From positions 558,001 through 622,000 of the forward strand of contig NC_092671.1 of assembly GCF_964355755.1 (NCBI RefSeq): DNA of 64,000 bases, in the 5' to 3' direction. Source of the stretch: Antedon mediterranea (Eukaryota > Animalia > Echinodermata). Below, in pieces: positions 16,201 through 29,667 of this stretch. The notes beneath the pieces were generated by a model. It was not told where the DNA came from and ran no database searches. It saw only the letters and a program-made list of their open reading frames with translations. A program made the translations under genes and the position numbers. The number at the start of each line of letters is the position of its first letter. Within the stretch, counting starts at the first letter, position 1.

Positions 16201-19200
16201 CCAGTGAACCCTGACCTCAGTCAACCCACTGAATACAATCAAACGTAAATAACAAGCAAGGTTCACACTTGGGTGCTTGAATTATGCATCAAGTTTACCT
16301 TACCAAATTTGGATATTAAAATTTATCTGTTGCGACATAAAAAGGTAAACAAATTACAGACCTGTAGACTAGCTTTCCACACCAGGATATTGGATAAAGA
16401 GCTTTCTACAGAATACGGGTGATGATTCTTGATTATGGACTAAAGCCGACTTTCCACTAGGCAAATTTGTTTACGCAAATCAAGAGAGTGATTTGGAAGA
16501 CAGAAACATGAAGGCTCTTTCGATTCGCGCGAACAAATTCACCTAATGGAAAATCAGAGCTTAATTACTATATGGGTGCTACTGCTCGCTTATAGACCAA
16601 CCAGTTTCTATACCATAGAGTAGTTTTGTTTCTTATATAAAGAATGAAAAGTTCAATGAAAAAGGAGTGCTAAACCAGGGGCCTTATCCTCCTACGTTAC
16701 GGCACCACTGACCAGGTTGATTTAATCTGTTTATCGTGATTACAAAGCTAATCAAAAATAAAACCACAAGTATATTGTCTATAGACAAATGAATCAAAAA
16801 CCCCAAAAATAATAGATATTTCAAATGAAAGTGAAACCCATTTAAATTTACAGATCAATGACAAATAATGGATAAAAATAGATTAAGATGAATAGAACTT
16901 GTTTTGAAAGTGGAAGTTTCAAGCTAGGAACAAGAATTTAACCACCGCACCAGACTAGTGTTGCACATGCAAATTCAAATTAGGAATTCTTCCGGTTATT
17001 GTTAAACAATTTCTAATTCTCCAAGACAATACTGGAGTCCAGGTGTATTGGTTTGTTTCACAATATTAAGAATTTATCCAGTTATTGTTTTTGATTCAGT
17101 GATTCAGTAATTTCAGCATGGAGACTCGGTCACTGAGTGCATTTGTCAGATAATGCAGTATGTATTGCGCTTCTGAAATTTTCCTTAATTATGTTATTTG
17201 ATAAGCATTGTTAATGTTATGATATTCCAAAATAAAAGGAAATTATTTGGCTTTGTATTTAAACCATTCTAAGTAAATGTAAAGGTATAAGAACTAAAGG
17301 TATTAATCATAGAACAAATAGAAATTACTTTGACAGTCTTCTTTCCCTTCGTCTTCAGCAAACTCACAATCACTGATTCCATCACAGACCTGGTCAGGTG
17401 GAATACATGGGCTTTTACCTGGCTTTGCTTGCTCACATTCAAAGTACCCTGGTATACATGCTAAACAGGAAGAAAAACAATCATTTTATGATTTTATATG
17501 AAATAACTTTTTTCCTACGTTGATTCTGCTTTAAAATAATGAATATATAATTGGTATAAAACATCAAATAAATCATATTTGTTTGAAGTACTATTTAATA
17601 GTATTAAACAATCATGATGTCGAAATGCTAAATGCAATTTTAAAAATGTCATTGAATTTCCATTGCCTGTACCTATAGGGCCTAGTAGTAACTAATTAAT
17701 AATGGCATATTTTGGGTAAACCATTTCTTGTGTACAGACTACAGTAAATGATTGGGATACGCATAGACATAACCCTTGCACCATTGCCTGTACGCCTGCC
17801 CATCACGCCGGTCACCGCCACCACAACCTAAACTAAGCCTTTTAGCCTCCTATAGGCCTAGAAAGGCATAGATACCTCTCACCTTCTAAAACTCATTAGG
17901 CCTATCTGAATGAAGAGTTAGGCTAGGACCTAATTCGAAAAGCTTAATATTATCATTCATATTATTCTCTAAATTACATCAACTTCTAAATAACTAGGGC
18001 CTAGCCCTGAACACATTTCAAGAGCCGCGCGAACTGTCTGTAGATGTTGTTGTTGTGTTGGGGAAATTCCTGGGGAAAAACGCCCTCTTTTTTTCTTGGA
18101 GTTCCCGCGCGGCCGAATAATGTATTAATTTCAGTGAAGAAAAAAGTTTGCTGCCTGCAGAACAGTTTACTGTAAAGACTCCTAATATGGTAATAAGTGG
18201 TATTTATCTTTAAAAGTGCAATGCGCTTTTTTTTGTTATTGTCAGATTGAAAAAATATGATGACAAAATTAGCAACAGCACACTTTGTTCACAAATCTGT
18301 TCTAGGGAAAGGATGATTGTATTCAAATTGTGTGGTGATGTACTTAAGTCTACTCTTCTTTGATTCTATTATTTAACAGTTTACATAGTAAATACTTCTA
18401 TTGTGACATGCTTTCTGTCGTCGTGTCTAGGTTCTGTCTTTTGTGTAAGCATAACCTGAGTCTCAAATAATTGCCCTCACTCCAACACCAAATCAATATT
18501 AGGAAATATACCTTTAATATTATATAATGATTTTAAAAAGGCCTACGGGAGTTAATGTTGTTTTTGCCATACTGTTGTTATTATTATCATCATCATTAAT
18601 AGGATAGACATTAGGCCTATTTATTTCACGTTAAAACAATGTTTGCAATAGTAACATACACTTTTATTTAAAGACCAATTGTCACAAGCCGATATACGAT
18701 TTTAGAACTTATGAAAAACGCCCAATTTTAGGTCAATTTGTACTGTGCAAACGAATTTGAGCTACTTATAGGGACTATGTCACAGAGCAAGCTTTTAGAA
18801 AAAAATCAATATAGCGTATCAAAAGAAAATATTGATCGTTTAATTGTAAGATCAATGTTATATTTCTAAAGTAAACAGTCCTGTTTAGCCTTAAAGCGAA
18901 AACAAGGCTCAAGTTGTCTCAGCAGTCTGGTCACGATATATTATATCTATAGGTATAATTATAAGTATAAGATCAAATAGGCTCTACATGTATTTAAACA
19001 AAATAATAACAATATTTCCAACAATAAACAGCAAACAAAGCGTCCAAGGCACCTTAGTTTTTACTGTATTCAATTTTTACTATTATGAAACGAGTAAGCA
19101 TTATTGTTCTATTAATTTATTCAAACTAGTCTAGTCTAGTCGACAATACACAGAACATAATCAACATTACTTATTGATTACAGTATAAAAGGGCGGTTAC

Positions 19201-21017
19201 GAGCTCATATTGTATAGAGAAAGGCAAATGACAAGAAACTGGGAAATGCAAATGTTTTGAACAAACCCGGATAGGCCCCTATATACATTTTGTTCATGTC
19301 AAATATACATTTTGTACCATAAATCTACGTTAATGCAAAATTCAAAGTAAAAGAATAAAGTAAATATTGTGACCATAGATATGACTTGCAAATCTACTAA
19401 ATGACGTCATTGTTTTGTCCCAAAATAACAGGTATTGCCAGCAGGTGTTTGGTACATAACATAATACAATTGCTTGTGTAACAGGCTAACATAACCGGTA
19501 TCATAAGTGGGGCCCTGAAGAAACAGACAATACAATTAAACATATGTACCACAGCTGCACACACCATGCACTGCCAAAAAACAACTAAATCCGGTAATAA
19601 TTTATGTTATACTTACATACTTACATTAAGAACTAGTTGTATATTTGGTTAATATCTTATACCAACTGATATTCACTACTGTATGTTTGTAACAAGCACA
19701 TAAAGTGAAAAACGATTTCCAAAATTACATTTTTTCTTTTTATTGATGTTTTAGTTTTCCTACACTTTTCCTTTCCTTTAATTCTATTTCAACAATAGCT
19801 TACAGTAAGGACTAATATGGGCCTATAGCTGTCAAACATTACATTTTAGAAATTAGAGATTTATCAGAATAGTATCGGAAAGCAATATAAGTCAACATAA
19901 CAGTTTTGAAAATAACAGTTTAAATAAATTTAATGCAAATGCATGCTTTTAACAATGGAGGTATAATTTATACCTTTTAACCGTACGGGTCCGATTGACA
20001 TTTTAACAAGCAATTCCGCAATATTTTATTGGTTTTAGTGTTAAAGAGCTTTACTTAGACCATACTAGAAAACTAATGTTATTTTGTAAAGGACCTTTTT
20101 GAACACAACATTAATATGTTTGGACTTCAATTCCAAATAATTACTATTTATTGATCATAATTATTTATTAATTTTTTTTAATTGATTGATACTTACGGTA
20201 GCATATAGACCATTATATAAATTATAGCTAATGTTAAATATTTAGGCCTACAGTACATGATTATTCGTGTATTTGAAAGTAAGACCTTCAAACCAATCGA
20301 TACAAGGACATGGTATAACAAGAAGCAAGTTGACCATCATTGAACAAAGAACCAAGACGTTCTACAAATAGTCTGTTATTACAGTACTTTTTCTGTGATA
20401 TATATAATATATATATTTCATGAACATCAAAACAGGATTATCGAACCCGAGAGGTATAAAATAAGTTTTTACCTTTTGATCGAACCATCGAGATATACTA
20501 TTTGAGTTATAAGAATTCAGGTTTTGGAAGATTATGCCATCTTACATAGCCTACACATTAAATAACCACCATACGAATTGTGACGCAGCTTCGCGCGTTT
20601 CCCATAAATCTCATTAAAAAATATCGACTTTACAATAATAAATTTGTATTATTATAATGCCAATGCCATCTATAAAACCTACGAAGTCTATATCATTCTA
20701 TCAAAACAATCACTCGATGGATGCTTCACTTATAGATTAGTTTTATAGGCCTACAGGATGGCGTGTCCAATAAAATTCGGTTTAGTTGAAGTGGAAATGT
20801 AACTATCAGATATATTTTGCAAAGATATAGGACATTTTAAGAAATAAAATACTAAATGATAACAGATTTAGGTCTATGTTACACAATTGTAATATCTCAG
20901 TTTGACAAGCCAATGTCATATTCTAACGGAATATTATTTATTATTTTACTTACCTCCTTGACAATTTGAGCAAGTTATCAGAGCAGAAAGTGTTGCAAAT
21001 ATTAAAAACTCCTTCAT
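1251..21017 (-). CDS. LDL receptor-related protein (LRP2/megalin-like, LRP1/2 family), 5' portion; continues beyond the left edge
   Basis: 27 phase-consistent GT-AG exons. Signal peptide [21 protein letters not shown] at 21017-20954. LDLa: 17460-17329, 14667-14548, 14221-14105, 13468-13361. EGF: 12984-12865, 12438-12310. YWTD propeller: 11623-11365, 11059-10931, 10424-10254, 9635-9412. EGF+LDLa: 9068-8808. LDLa: 8534-8418, 7915-7793, 7220-7098, 6525-6397, 6005-5886, 5207-5091, 4646-4527, 4365-4249, 3741-3625, 3261-3136. EGF: 2693-2553, 2377-2252. Second propeller: 2147-2019, 1690-1555, 1424-1251. Motifs DCxDxSDE, YWTD/YWSD and DINEC are present. Confidence 0.93.
1790..1932. mobile_element. 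MITE copy, family A (left end degraded)
   Basis: Internal GTGATGTGCCC...GACATGATGATGTCATA and right end GATAGTGTAGACAGAGCT followed by TTA, matching the copies at 5711 and 10085. Confidence 0.7.
2712..2871. mobile_element. MITE copy, family A
   Basis: TCTGTACATTATCAAACT...GTGATGTGCC...TTTGATAGTGTAGACAGAGCT followed by TAA. Confidence 0.75.
3295..3550 (-). mobile_element. Probable SINE 3' fragment
   Basis: GC-richer block with CCCTACTC...GGTTCTTTAAAGTGCAC and TATAGCGCC, resembling SINE body and tail sequence as I recall it. No tRNA head seen. Confidence 0.35.
4910..5055. mobile_element. MITE copy, family A
   Basis: TGTCTACACTATCAAAC...GGGCACATCAC...AGTGTAGACTGAGCT followed by TAA. Confidence 0.75.
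5240..5520 (-). mobile_element. Degenerate LINE 3' fragment (CR1/L2-like)
   Basis: Minus-strand reading [25 protein letters not shown]...IDPF resembles a LINE ORF2 C-terminus and is followed by an AATAAATAAATA tail. Confidence 0.4.
5711..5855. mobile_element. MITE family A, full copy (PIF/Harbinger Tourist-like)
   Basis: TIRs AGCTCTGTCTACACTATCAAA and TTTGATAGTGTAGTCAGAGCT, with TTA on both sides as a 3-bp TSD. Confidence 0.85.
9185..9315. mobile_element. MITE copy, family A
   Basis: TTA-AGCTCTCTCTACACTA...AGTGTAGTCAGAGCT-TTA. Confidence 0.8.
10085..10243. mobile_element. MITE copy, family A, adjacent to an LRP splice donor
   Basis: TTA-AGCTATGTCTACA...TGTAGACAGAGCT-TTA; ends about 10 bp from the exon boundary at 10254. 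Confidence 0.8.
10520..10800 (-). mobile_element. tRNA-derived SINE with an internal duplication of about 83 bp
   Basis: Minus strand has A-box TGGCGCAGTG and B-box GGTTCGAATCC, then TCCTTAGGCAAG...CCTCTCTCCACCCAGGTGTATAAATGGGTACC, resembling a conserved central SINE domain (Deu/Nin type, from memory). Segment AATGCAGCTAGT...GGCAAATGT occurs twice. Confidence 0.75.
14283..14473. repeat. Two-copy direct repeat with a poly-G tract
   Basis: AACAGCCAG...CAATCCTATTAAAGAAAAGGAGAGGGGGAGGGGG...GAGTGTCTGGAAACAAGAGATAC occurs twice. Confidence 0.85.
16441..16563. mobile_element. Degenerate short MITE
   Basis: Imperfect terminal inverted repeat TTTCCACTAGGCAAATTTGTTTACGC versus GCGCGAACAAATTCACCTAATGGAAA. 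Confidence 0.45.
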
Positions 21018-22041
21018 AATGTTATATATTGTATCATCATCAGCTGTTATCTAATGAATACCCAGTGTTGCCAACGTCTATACCTTTTGTACTACAACGC
21101 TCTATTGCGTCCATTGTTCTGTCTCCTCTTTCAGGTTGTCGTTCTATTGGTGATTATATTTGTATGGACTGTCACAATCACAATAAATAAATAATCTTGG
21201 CACAAAAAGGGGAAAACACTTTCTCAATCAACAAGAGAAAACTAAAATACACGGGAATCCATTTTGATAATGAATTGCGGTATCCAGTTAACAAACAAAA
21301 CAAGCTTGAACAAGATAATGCAAAACTAGTAGTATTTAAATCACATATCTTATTTAAGTACTTATAGACAGATTTATTATTAAATACAATAAAAGTGGAA
21401 TATGGTACAGTGGGCTGAAGGAGTTGTGACAAGCAACTACTTCATTCTCAGTTTTAAAAAGATCAACAACGATGTATGTAACATCGGACTTCGAAACTGG
21501 ATATATTAAATCAGTGAGTATCCTGTGGAAAATAAAAATAATCGACAACGTTTAGTGCGCTAACTTCAGTAGGCATGAGTATAATATTGTTATATCGATT
21601 GCAACTCAACCATGGTCAACAACTTATTATTTATCTTTGATGAAGCGAAAAATTTGATTTAAATAATAATGGGACATAATGACGTGACGTTATTTTATTT
21701 AATAAATATAACTAAATTTTGAATGATTATTGTAGAGTATCACATCATTGAGACCAACTCGACAGAGTGCCGAGTGCCACCAGTAATCTTAGCAAACCTT
21801 GAAGGTTAAAAAATTATACATAAAATAGATATTAAATAAAACATTAATCTTCTCTATTCATTATGTTATGTTTTGTCAGTCCCTAATTTAGCTTTAGTAG
21901 CTAGATGACCACTTTGAAAGAATGTAATCTCCGTCCACATCCTTTCTAGTTCTACTTCAAACAAAAACTATCTTACTAGAAGACAGTTTACTTTTGTTCT
22001 TTTGTCTGTGCAGACCAAAATAAATATTTTAACACGTTATG

Positions 22042-25000
22042 TTATAAGTTATAAGAAAATAATTTAAAGTCCATCAAATATCTTTGATAAATCGAATACA
22101 CTAAATCTTCGGATAAGTTTGAATAATATTTTTCAACCATCATTTGACTTGAAGAATTAGTCCCATGGGTTGATTTAGGAGGCAAAACACCAGAAATGTT
22201 CAATAACTTCATTAGAGAATTGTATTCCTTTTTATCGTAAATATTTTCAAATTTTTCAATCACATCGTATTTAACTTCACACGGAAGACAAAGCTTATAC
22301 ATTTCTCGCCAGTGTTCTTCAAAATCATTTGGAAATGTGTTATCAAAATCGCTTACATACCGTACGAATTCTTTGAAAGAAAGGCTATTGCCTTTTTCAA
22401 GTCCATATTTATCTTGAATCTTTTCAATAAAAATTGATCTAGGAAAAAACTCATCGGCCCATTCTGGTTCTAATTTATCTCTGAATGCACTTAATAATCT
22501 CGTAAAGGGGTTTCTAACAACCATTATTTTGGTAGAATTTTTAAATATGTTAAGTATATCGGGTTTAGTCAAATCTGAAAGTTTAACAGAATGTTCATTA
22601 AACACCCTGTGAACGTCTAGTGGCATCGACTCTACATTTGCATAAATCTTGGAAGATATAAGTAATAATCGTTTGAGAGTGGTACTGGTCGCTTTTGGAA
22701 TGGCACAGAACACAATTCCACTTTTATTGACATAGTAAAGGTGATCAAACCGATGACGAGCGAAGTAGGAATTGTTTGTTTCTTTGTATTGATCTCCGTT
22801 GCACACTCTCCAGATGTTTAGTTGTCTTTCTCGTTGGACTTCCTCAAAGGTGCATTCTTCCACACTACAATTCTGTCAACAAAAAAGAAATGTTATACCA
22901 GAATATTAGGCTTACTATTCCATGCAGAACTCAACTTGTTTCTTTGTGCAACTTAATAAAGAAAATACAATATCAATTATTATTTGGGCAGATGCAAACA
23001 ACTGCAATTTGAAAACCATTCATTTAAAGCAAAAGAAAATAATTAGACTTTGTACCAACTCATCCTGGCTGGCCCATACTGCACCCTTATTTTTAAAATT
23101 AAAAACTTTCAATCTATGATATTCATAAATTACAAAAAGCAATTTTTATGTTTAATTTTGTTAATAATAATCTACCAAGTAATTTCAATACTTTTTGAGA
23201 TAGGGTAAAAGAAACACATTGTCACAATACAAGAACATTAAATGATTTGTGTCCTCATAATTTCAGAACAGACCTGGGAATGAATACCATTAAACGGCAA
23301 GGACCTATATTGTGGAATGATATAAGCAATTTTATTAAGAACCAATGTACCTTAAGTTTATTTAAGAAGACATTTATTCACAGTTTATTATCAACGTATC
23401 AGTAATATTATGTTATATTATTTAATTAGTAGAGTAACATTATTTAAGTTTACTTAAACAATATATATATATAAATGAGCTATGCTCGACGCGATTATGA
23501 GATCATGTTCCGAATATGAGCACTGTTTCTATAATTTACAGTATGATTTATATATATACATATATATGTGTGTGTATGTAAATCTATTACATTTTTTATC
23601 TAAAAGATGATATTCAGATTTTATTACCATGTACTAGTAAAAATAAAAATAACTATATGTAATCTTCATGTTAACCTTCTTAAGAAGTAAGTTAAAAATT
23701 ATCATTTTATGATCAAAAAGAAATATACTATCTAATTTTCTCCTTTATATAAATATATTATTTTATCCAAGGGGTTGCAAACACAAGTGTTCAATTGTCT
23801 TGTTATGTATTGCACCTTTATCTTGTCTTTATGTTGTCTGTAATGTCACTGCACTAACGGGTGACCGGCTAACGAGCTTCGCTCTTACGGTTATCCATCC
23901 ATATAAGTTGTTTATCTTATGTTCATAAATTGAAATGGAAAATAAACTGAAACTGAAACTGAAAATTGGACATTGTTTCTATATTTGTGATTTTCGAAAT
24001 CCAATGATTACCAGTGTGCTAGTTAATCTATAAAATGTAAAATGAAATGTATAGATTATCATCATTATCACCACAAATTAAGAGATAACACTAGACCACC
24101 ATTAACATTTATAAATAGTTAATGATCATACCTTCATAAAATGTTTAACAATAACAGGTGCGTTCTGTCTTTGTACAACCGGTTGAGGATGTCGTGATCT
24201 GTATCGTTTCTGTGTACCTAAAAAGTCAAGACCAATGCAAATTAATTTAAATTCTTTTATGTTTGAAGTTTTTAACATGATACCGTTAAGCTTTCGTATT
24301 CATAATCATCCGTTACCCTTTGGTAGTGTGTTAATACGCATAATACTTTTGCAAATCCTTAAATATTCTTTGATAATGCAACAGAGTAGTGGTAAGGCAC
24401 AAGTGGGCTAAACATTGATATTACCTGTATAAAATGTCCTTCATTTTATAAAATTAGATCTAGGAAACTAGGGTATACATCTATTGTTTAATGACCCATG
24501 CAATTAATAACCAACGTGAAATATATTTGGATTATCGATTTATTTGAATCAGAGGGCGCACTGTGAACTGGCTGCACAAGTTCTCTAGTAACCGAATTAT
24601 ATCTAAAGCCAGCTCTGTCTACACAATCAAACTAATTTGACAAAAAAAGTGTGATGTGCCTAAATATGGTAGTGATATGATGACTATATGCGCACATCAC
24701 ATTTTTTCCAAGTTTGATAGTGTAGATAGAGCTTAACAGGCTACAAAATGTATCTCGTAATCAAAATGTATTCATTACACTCAAATACCATACAATTTTG
24801 TAGGATCTTGGTCGTTAAAAGGAAATTAACTATTCGAATAATATACACTCTTTGATTTTTAATTAGATTTTACTATACGCCTACACTGTTAATTCACAAT
24901 AATGTGACAGTACACAGGATGAACATTAAGAACACCCTGATTGGCTATTACCTACATCAGTTACTTCCGATATTCGCTGAAATCAAATTAAAAAGTCGGT

Positions 25001-25270
25001 ACATACCAAGATCCTGTATATGAGACTTATGCAGAGTTGACGTTATAAACGTCGTAATGATTGCCGAGTGGAACAATAGCTGATGCATGGAGGTAACCCC
25101 ATGGCTGATGCCATACTATGGTATCACTGGCAATTAGGCTAATTATCGTATTTCTTACCTTTGTTCGACACAGAATTATTATATAAAAAAACCGACGAAA
25201 TTATCAGCAACACAACGAACCCCAATGAACATCTGATAGCGGATTGCTTCAACCTAATTATTTGAGCCAT
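22042..25270 (-). CDS. Carbohydrate sulfotransferase (Sulfotransfer_2 / HNK-1ST family, CHST11-like), type II membrane protein, about 342 aa
   Basis: Exons 25270-25159 (MAQIIRLKQSAIRCSLGFVVLLIISSVFLY, signal anchor), 24217-24132 and 22872-22042, phases consistent. PAPS-binding motifs FCAIPKATSTTLKR and VRNPFTRLLSAFRDK, plus EHW, LCxPCxxxYD and DFKLFSY. Confidence 0.92.
22975..23965 (+). mobile_element. 5'-truncated LINE (CR1/L2-like) in a CHST intron
   Basis: Frameshifted ORF2 C-terminus (IIIWA...QKKIIRL...AHTAPLF..L...YDIHKLQ...HNTR...GPILWN), then a 3' UTR ending AATAAA(CTGAAA)3. Confidence 0.8.
24612..24736. mobile_element. MITE copy, family A
   Basis: AGCTCTGTCTACACAATCAAACT...AGTTTGATAGTGTAGATAGAGCT followed by TAA. 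Confidence 0.8.
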
Positions 25271-25556
25271 GTTTCTAACAAGGGTCCTAAATGGTCCGTC
25301 TATTCATACCACGTATGTAAGAACAGTAGTAATTTGGTAATATCAACATCAAGTGAACAGCTAATATTGATTATGTGTTTCACCGGGTTGATTTCTCGTA
25401 ATTAACAAAGCCAAGCCAATGAGGATAGCATTGATTTTACAGACAGAGCTGTGAAACAATTCACTACGTTCCCTTTGTTTCATGTTCGACTTGTAGGCTG
25501 CCAACAGCATTTTCATTTTTCAAATATTTTGAGTTTATGGCATACATGTAAATACA

Positions 25557-25710
25557 GTTTGGTTCCCACTTGGACGCAACGACGTATGCTCAACGCAAGT
25601 GAGTTGACCAATCACAGTTCGGATGATCTATCGAGTCGCGTATTGGTGGTTAAATTACTTGCGCTTTCGTCTGGTCCTTGCGTTGTGTCGTCTCCCCATT
25701 GCGTCCCATA
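25557..25710. mobile_element. MITE copy, family B (degenerate)
   Basis: TTGGTTCCCACTTGGACGCAACGACGTA... is shared with 32501 and 34877. Confidence 0.6.
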
Positions 25711-26609
25711 CGCAAGGGGGAATGTAATACTGTGCTTAACGCGCCTACAATACCAGTTATTTCTATCACTAGATGGTACGCTCGCTTCGCTCGCGTACCA
25801 TCTGTGGTCGTGCCCACAGATGGTTCTCGAATACACAGTAATTTCAGGGTAAAAAATCTGGCGATTTCAAATGCACGTACCGCAGGACTATAATACATTG
25901 TCGTTTACAGAAACGAATAAGTAGACACAATGATTTATGTAGTCAACCAAAATTAGCACCCTGGGAATTACTTCCGAAAGAGAAACTTACCACAAAATGA
26001 GTCCAAATTGTTTATTCATTTAAAGAAACCCAATTAGGGTTGAGGGATGGGAAAGAGGAACAATTTTTAAATATATTCTTTATCCACGTCAGTAACGAAA
26101 TATTGTTTTAATTTTTTATAGGCCTATAAATAATATACCACTAGCGGTGACTAAATATAGTAAAACATTTGCGATTTAATACTTTGTTAAAACTGTCACT
26201 GTCATAGTCGATTGAAATGAATAGTAAAGTACATGTAACGATACACCACTACGACGTTTATATTTTTTGTAATTATTAATTAATGCAAACGTTGAGAAGC
26301 AACTGTCAGTAATAAAGTTTATTTGTATATTACTATTACGTGTTTATATATCTAACAGTAGAGCCTACCCATAATCACAGTAATAAAGTTTATTTGTATA
26401 TATTTTTTTTACATCTAACAGTATTCACAGTAAGAAATGTTTGTATATATTTTTTTACATCTAACAGTATTCACAGTAAGAAATGTTCGATTCAAATGAC
26501 GACCAAAAATGGTTAATAGGTATTTGCAGTACTGTATTGTCAAAGTATTGCAAGTTTATTCTCCAAGGGCTCATAAATTTACCTGCTTGTGTTAAACCAA
26601 ACTGGCAGA

Positions 26610-27070
26610 CTGAGAGATTGGAATGTTCCATTCATCGCAAATCAATACATTTGTAAAAACGTAAATTAAATCTATCAAAATAGTATTTTTAAAAGAAAAT
26701 CGGCCTGTCTTCAACATTATGATGCTGTACTCGAGCAGTTCAACCGGTTTTCAGCTATTAAAAACAATTATCGTAGGGGGAGATAGGAAAATGCGAAGCG
26801 TCCTCGTATTATTGTGTGCGGGTATTTTTCAAGTTGGACATCCATTAGACAGTGTATACCACGATCGGAAAACACCCCTATTTGGGGCAAATCGTTGAAC
26901 CTAAATTCGTTTTAATCGTCATTAACTAATTATCTAACTTAATTTAATTAGTAAACAGGGTTACATCAGGTGGTTAAAATCAGTACCGAAAGTACGAACC
27001 AACTTTATATACCATCGAGTAAAAATTCTAGAAGTAAGGCGCGATTTACCAAATTTTGCCCTTACGTAAA
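26610..27070. mobile_element. Dispersed repeat (transposon fragment); inverted copy at about 55797-56200
   Basis: AATTAGTAAACAGGGTTACATCAGGTGGTTAAAATCAGTACCGA...TATATACCATCGAGTAAAAA is the reverse complement of the block at about 55840-55915. Confidence 0.75.
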
Positions 27071-28477
27071 TTTATATATAGATTATCAATGTTTATCACA
27101 TCTCACTGTCAATGATAGTTGTACTTTTATTGTTTATCCAATCAAACATGATTAGGCCTAATATATACTCTCTTACTATATTACGTCACTATTACGTCAG
27201 AATTATCATTATCGTCAACAGAGGATGTTGAAATCACCGTAAAGAGGCGATTTATGTTTTGCTCATTCGGAAGTCATGGTCAAAGATAAAATGTTAGCAA
27301 TAACAAATGTTGTAATAATATAGAATCTTTTTGTTAGATAAATAGGCCTACTTTCTAATATAAGTTATGACAAACAAACAAACAGACGGTACTTCATTAC
27401 TTACTCCTCATCGAGTTCAAACATGTTTGTATCAATACGTTCGTAGATTTTCCTTAGGCGTATTGCAAAAGTTTATTTACCTAATTATACTAAAAATAAA
27501 TATTGTATTCATAATTCAAATTTTAAAAAGGTATTAAATTAACTTGTATCTCAACAGGAATGCCATTACATCAGGTCAGTACTTAAAGCCTCCATTAGCG
27601 AATCTTTCTTGTTGTCTGATTGGTTGCGCATTTTTTCACAAAGTAGATACAATTATTAATACACATTAGTTGTTGACTAATCTTTATTAATAATACTTTC
27701 GATTCGCGTAAGAATAAAACCGACATAATGGTTGCACGTGTGACTGATGAAGCAAACATGACACATAGGATGTCCGCAGATCTTCGGAATGGACCAGAGT
27801 TTATATTAAGGCATTATAACCTCTCTAATGTGTCTAATGTACTGTCTACCATTGTCCTCTGTACAAGGCCCAGGAGTAATGGGAAAGAGGGCGAGAAAGC
27901 AAATGAACGACAGAAAAAAATATGAATTTATAAATTCTCATCTAAAACAAGTCTTTGACAAGAGACGAGAAGATATTTGTTACCCAGACGGTTATTTGTA
28001 TAAATAGAAAGTATGTCATTGGCCACTGACACCATAATATAATATCCAATGAGTATTTAATATCCTGATCATATTATCTTAGTAAATGATTTTATCCTAG
28101 CTTTGATATCCACTATCTGACCCGAATATCTGTTATATTAGCTAGCTTTTCTTTAATGTTTACAATCTAGTCTAAAGTAATCCAAATCTTTGAAATCGAT
28201 GAATAAGCATAGATTGTATGGATAATGACAACAGGTGTGAACGTAATGTCTACTGTCAGTTAAACAGTTAAATGTATGTTCGTATTGTCATTTCCTTTTA
28301 AACTCTATAATTTGACAATACTCTTTACGTTATACAATAACTGATATGAGTAGATTAGATGTATTATTCCTGTAGAGAAACTATGTTGGCCTTATCAACT
28401 CGTCGTCAAGATAGGCCTATATAGGAAATATGAAATTGACATGGAATGATATAAAATACAGTATCAATTAAAAAACT

Positions 28478-29158
28478 TAGGGGTCATCGTGCATTCTGAA
28501 GAGTTATTTTCATTTTAAAAAGGCCTTATTTTTTACCATTTTTAGCACTTTTGTACAATTAATGTGTGCATTTTGTCATTTGTAATGTGCTCGTAGAGCA
28601 CTAATTTAAGTGGAAATGGACTCAAATTTGGTGAATGTACTAAGGATTGTGAGTAGAATGTGATTTATACATCAAATTTTATTTTTTACACTTTTTACGA
28701 ATCGCGTGCGCAATAATTTTTTGAAACACGCAAATGGCCTAATTCATGCTCTAAATTGATCAAAACCTAATTTTGAGCTTTTTAAAATTTTAACGCGCGA
28801 TTTCATGTGCATGACCTTGAAACTCGCAGGTTTTTATTTTCTAATATTTTTTACCTTGACCTGAAGTTTACATGTAGTGAATTTCATTAATATGTGATAA
28901 TGAATTATGGAGATATGATTGATAATGTGATTTCACAAAATGGCGTATACGTGTTGTCACGGATGAGTGATCACGCTGAAAAGCTTATTAGGACTAAGTT
29001 ACAGTATTTGAAAGACATTGTGAAATTTTGGTAATCATTGACATTTAACTTTTTGAGATATTTGTTAAACAAAAAGTGTACAGAAAGAAGAAGAAGAATA
29101 ATAAAGATTTGATACAATAACAATAGGTGATCATTTTATTCTAAATGATCACCTAATT
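28478..29158. mobile_element. Probable non-autonomous element (Helentron/HINE-like)
   Basis: Ends with (AAG)n followed by the hairpin TAGGTGATCATTT-TATTCT-AAATGATCACCTA. Left boundary uncertain. Confidence 0.4.
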
Positions 29159-29667
29159 AAAATTACTATTACAATGTTTATATATTAGAAAAGCGTACGG
29201 TATGCAGGAAGGGACGAATGATTTGCCATGGGAGGGATTTATTGTAGGTCTGTTTATGGAAATTATGTGTTCAAGTTCGTCTACTTGAACAAGTTATATA
29301 AACGTGAACATTCTACAGTTCAATAAGTACAAATCTTCAAAATGTTGACTCAAAATTTCCAGAAAAATTCAAAGATTCTGAAAATACCCATGGAATCCCA
29401 AAAAGCGTAGGCAAAGAGAGGAAGCAAAAAAATAAAAGCAATGATAATTTAATTTACTTAAAGGAAGATGATTTGACGGTGAGTCAGAGTGAATAATAAT
29501 CGTCATGCTATTGGACGAGAAACAAACCAACTACCAGGTACCACACTCGTTGTTGTAGCAGTTTACTCATTAACAAAGCTTACTCAAAGAAACACATCGA
29601 AAATAACTTTAAGAAGAAAAACTAACAAATGTAAATGTTATAGTGTTTTACTTAAAGACGCATCATC

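Noticed and set aside
25451-25898. Cluster of overlapping short ORFs upstream of the sulfotransferase
   Set aside because: They overlap GC-richer MITE and hairpin fragments and show no protein motif.
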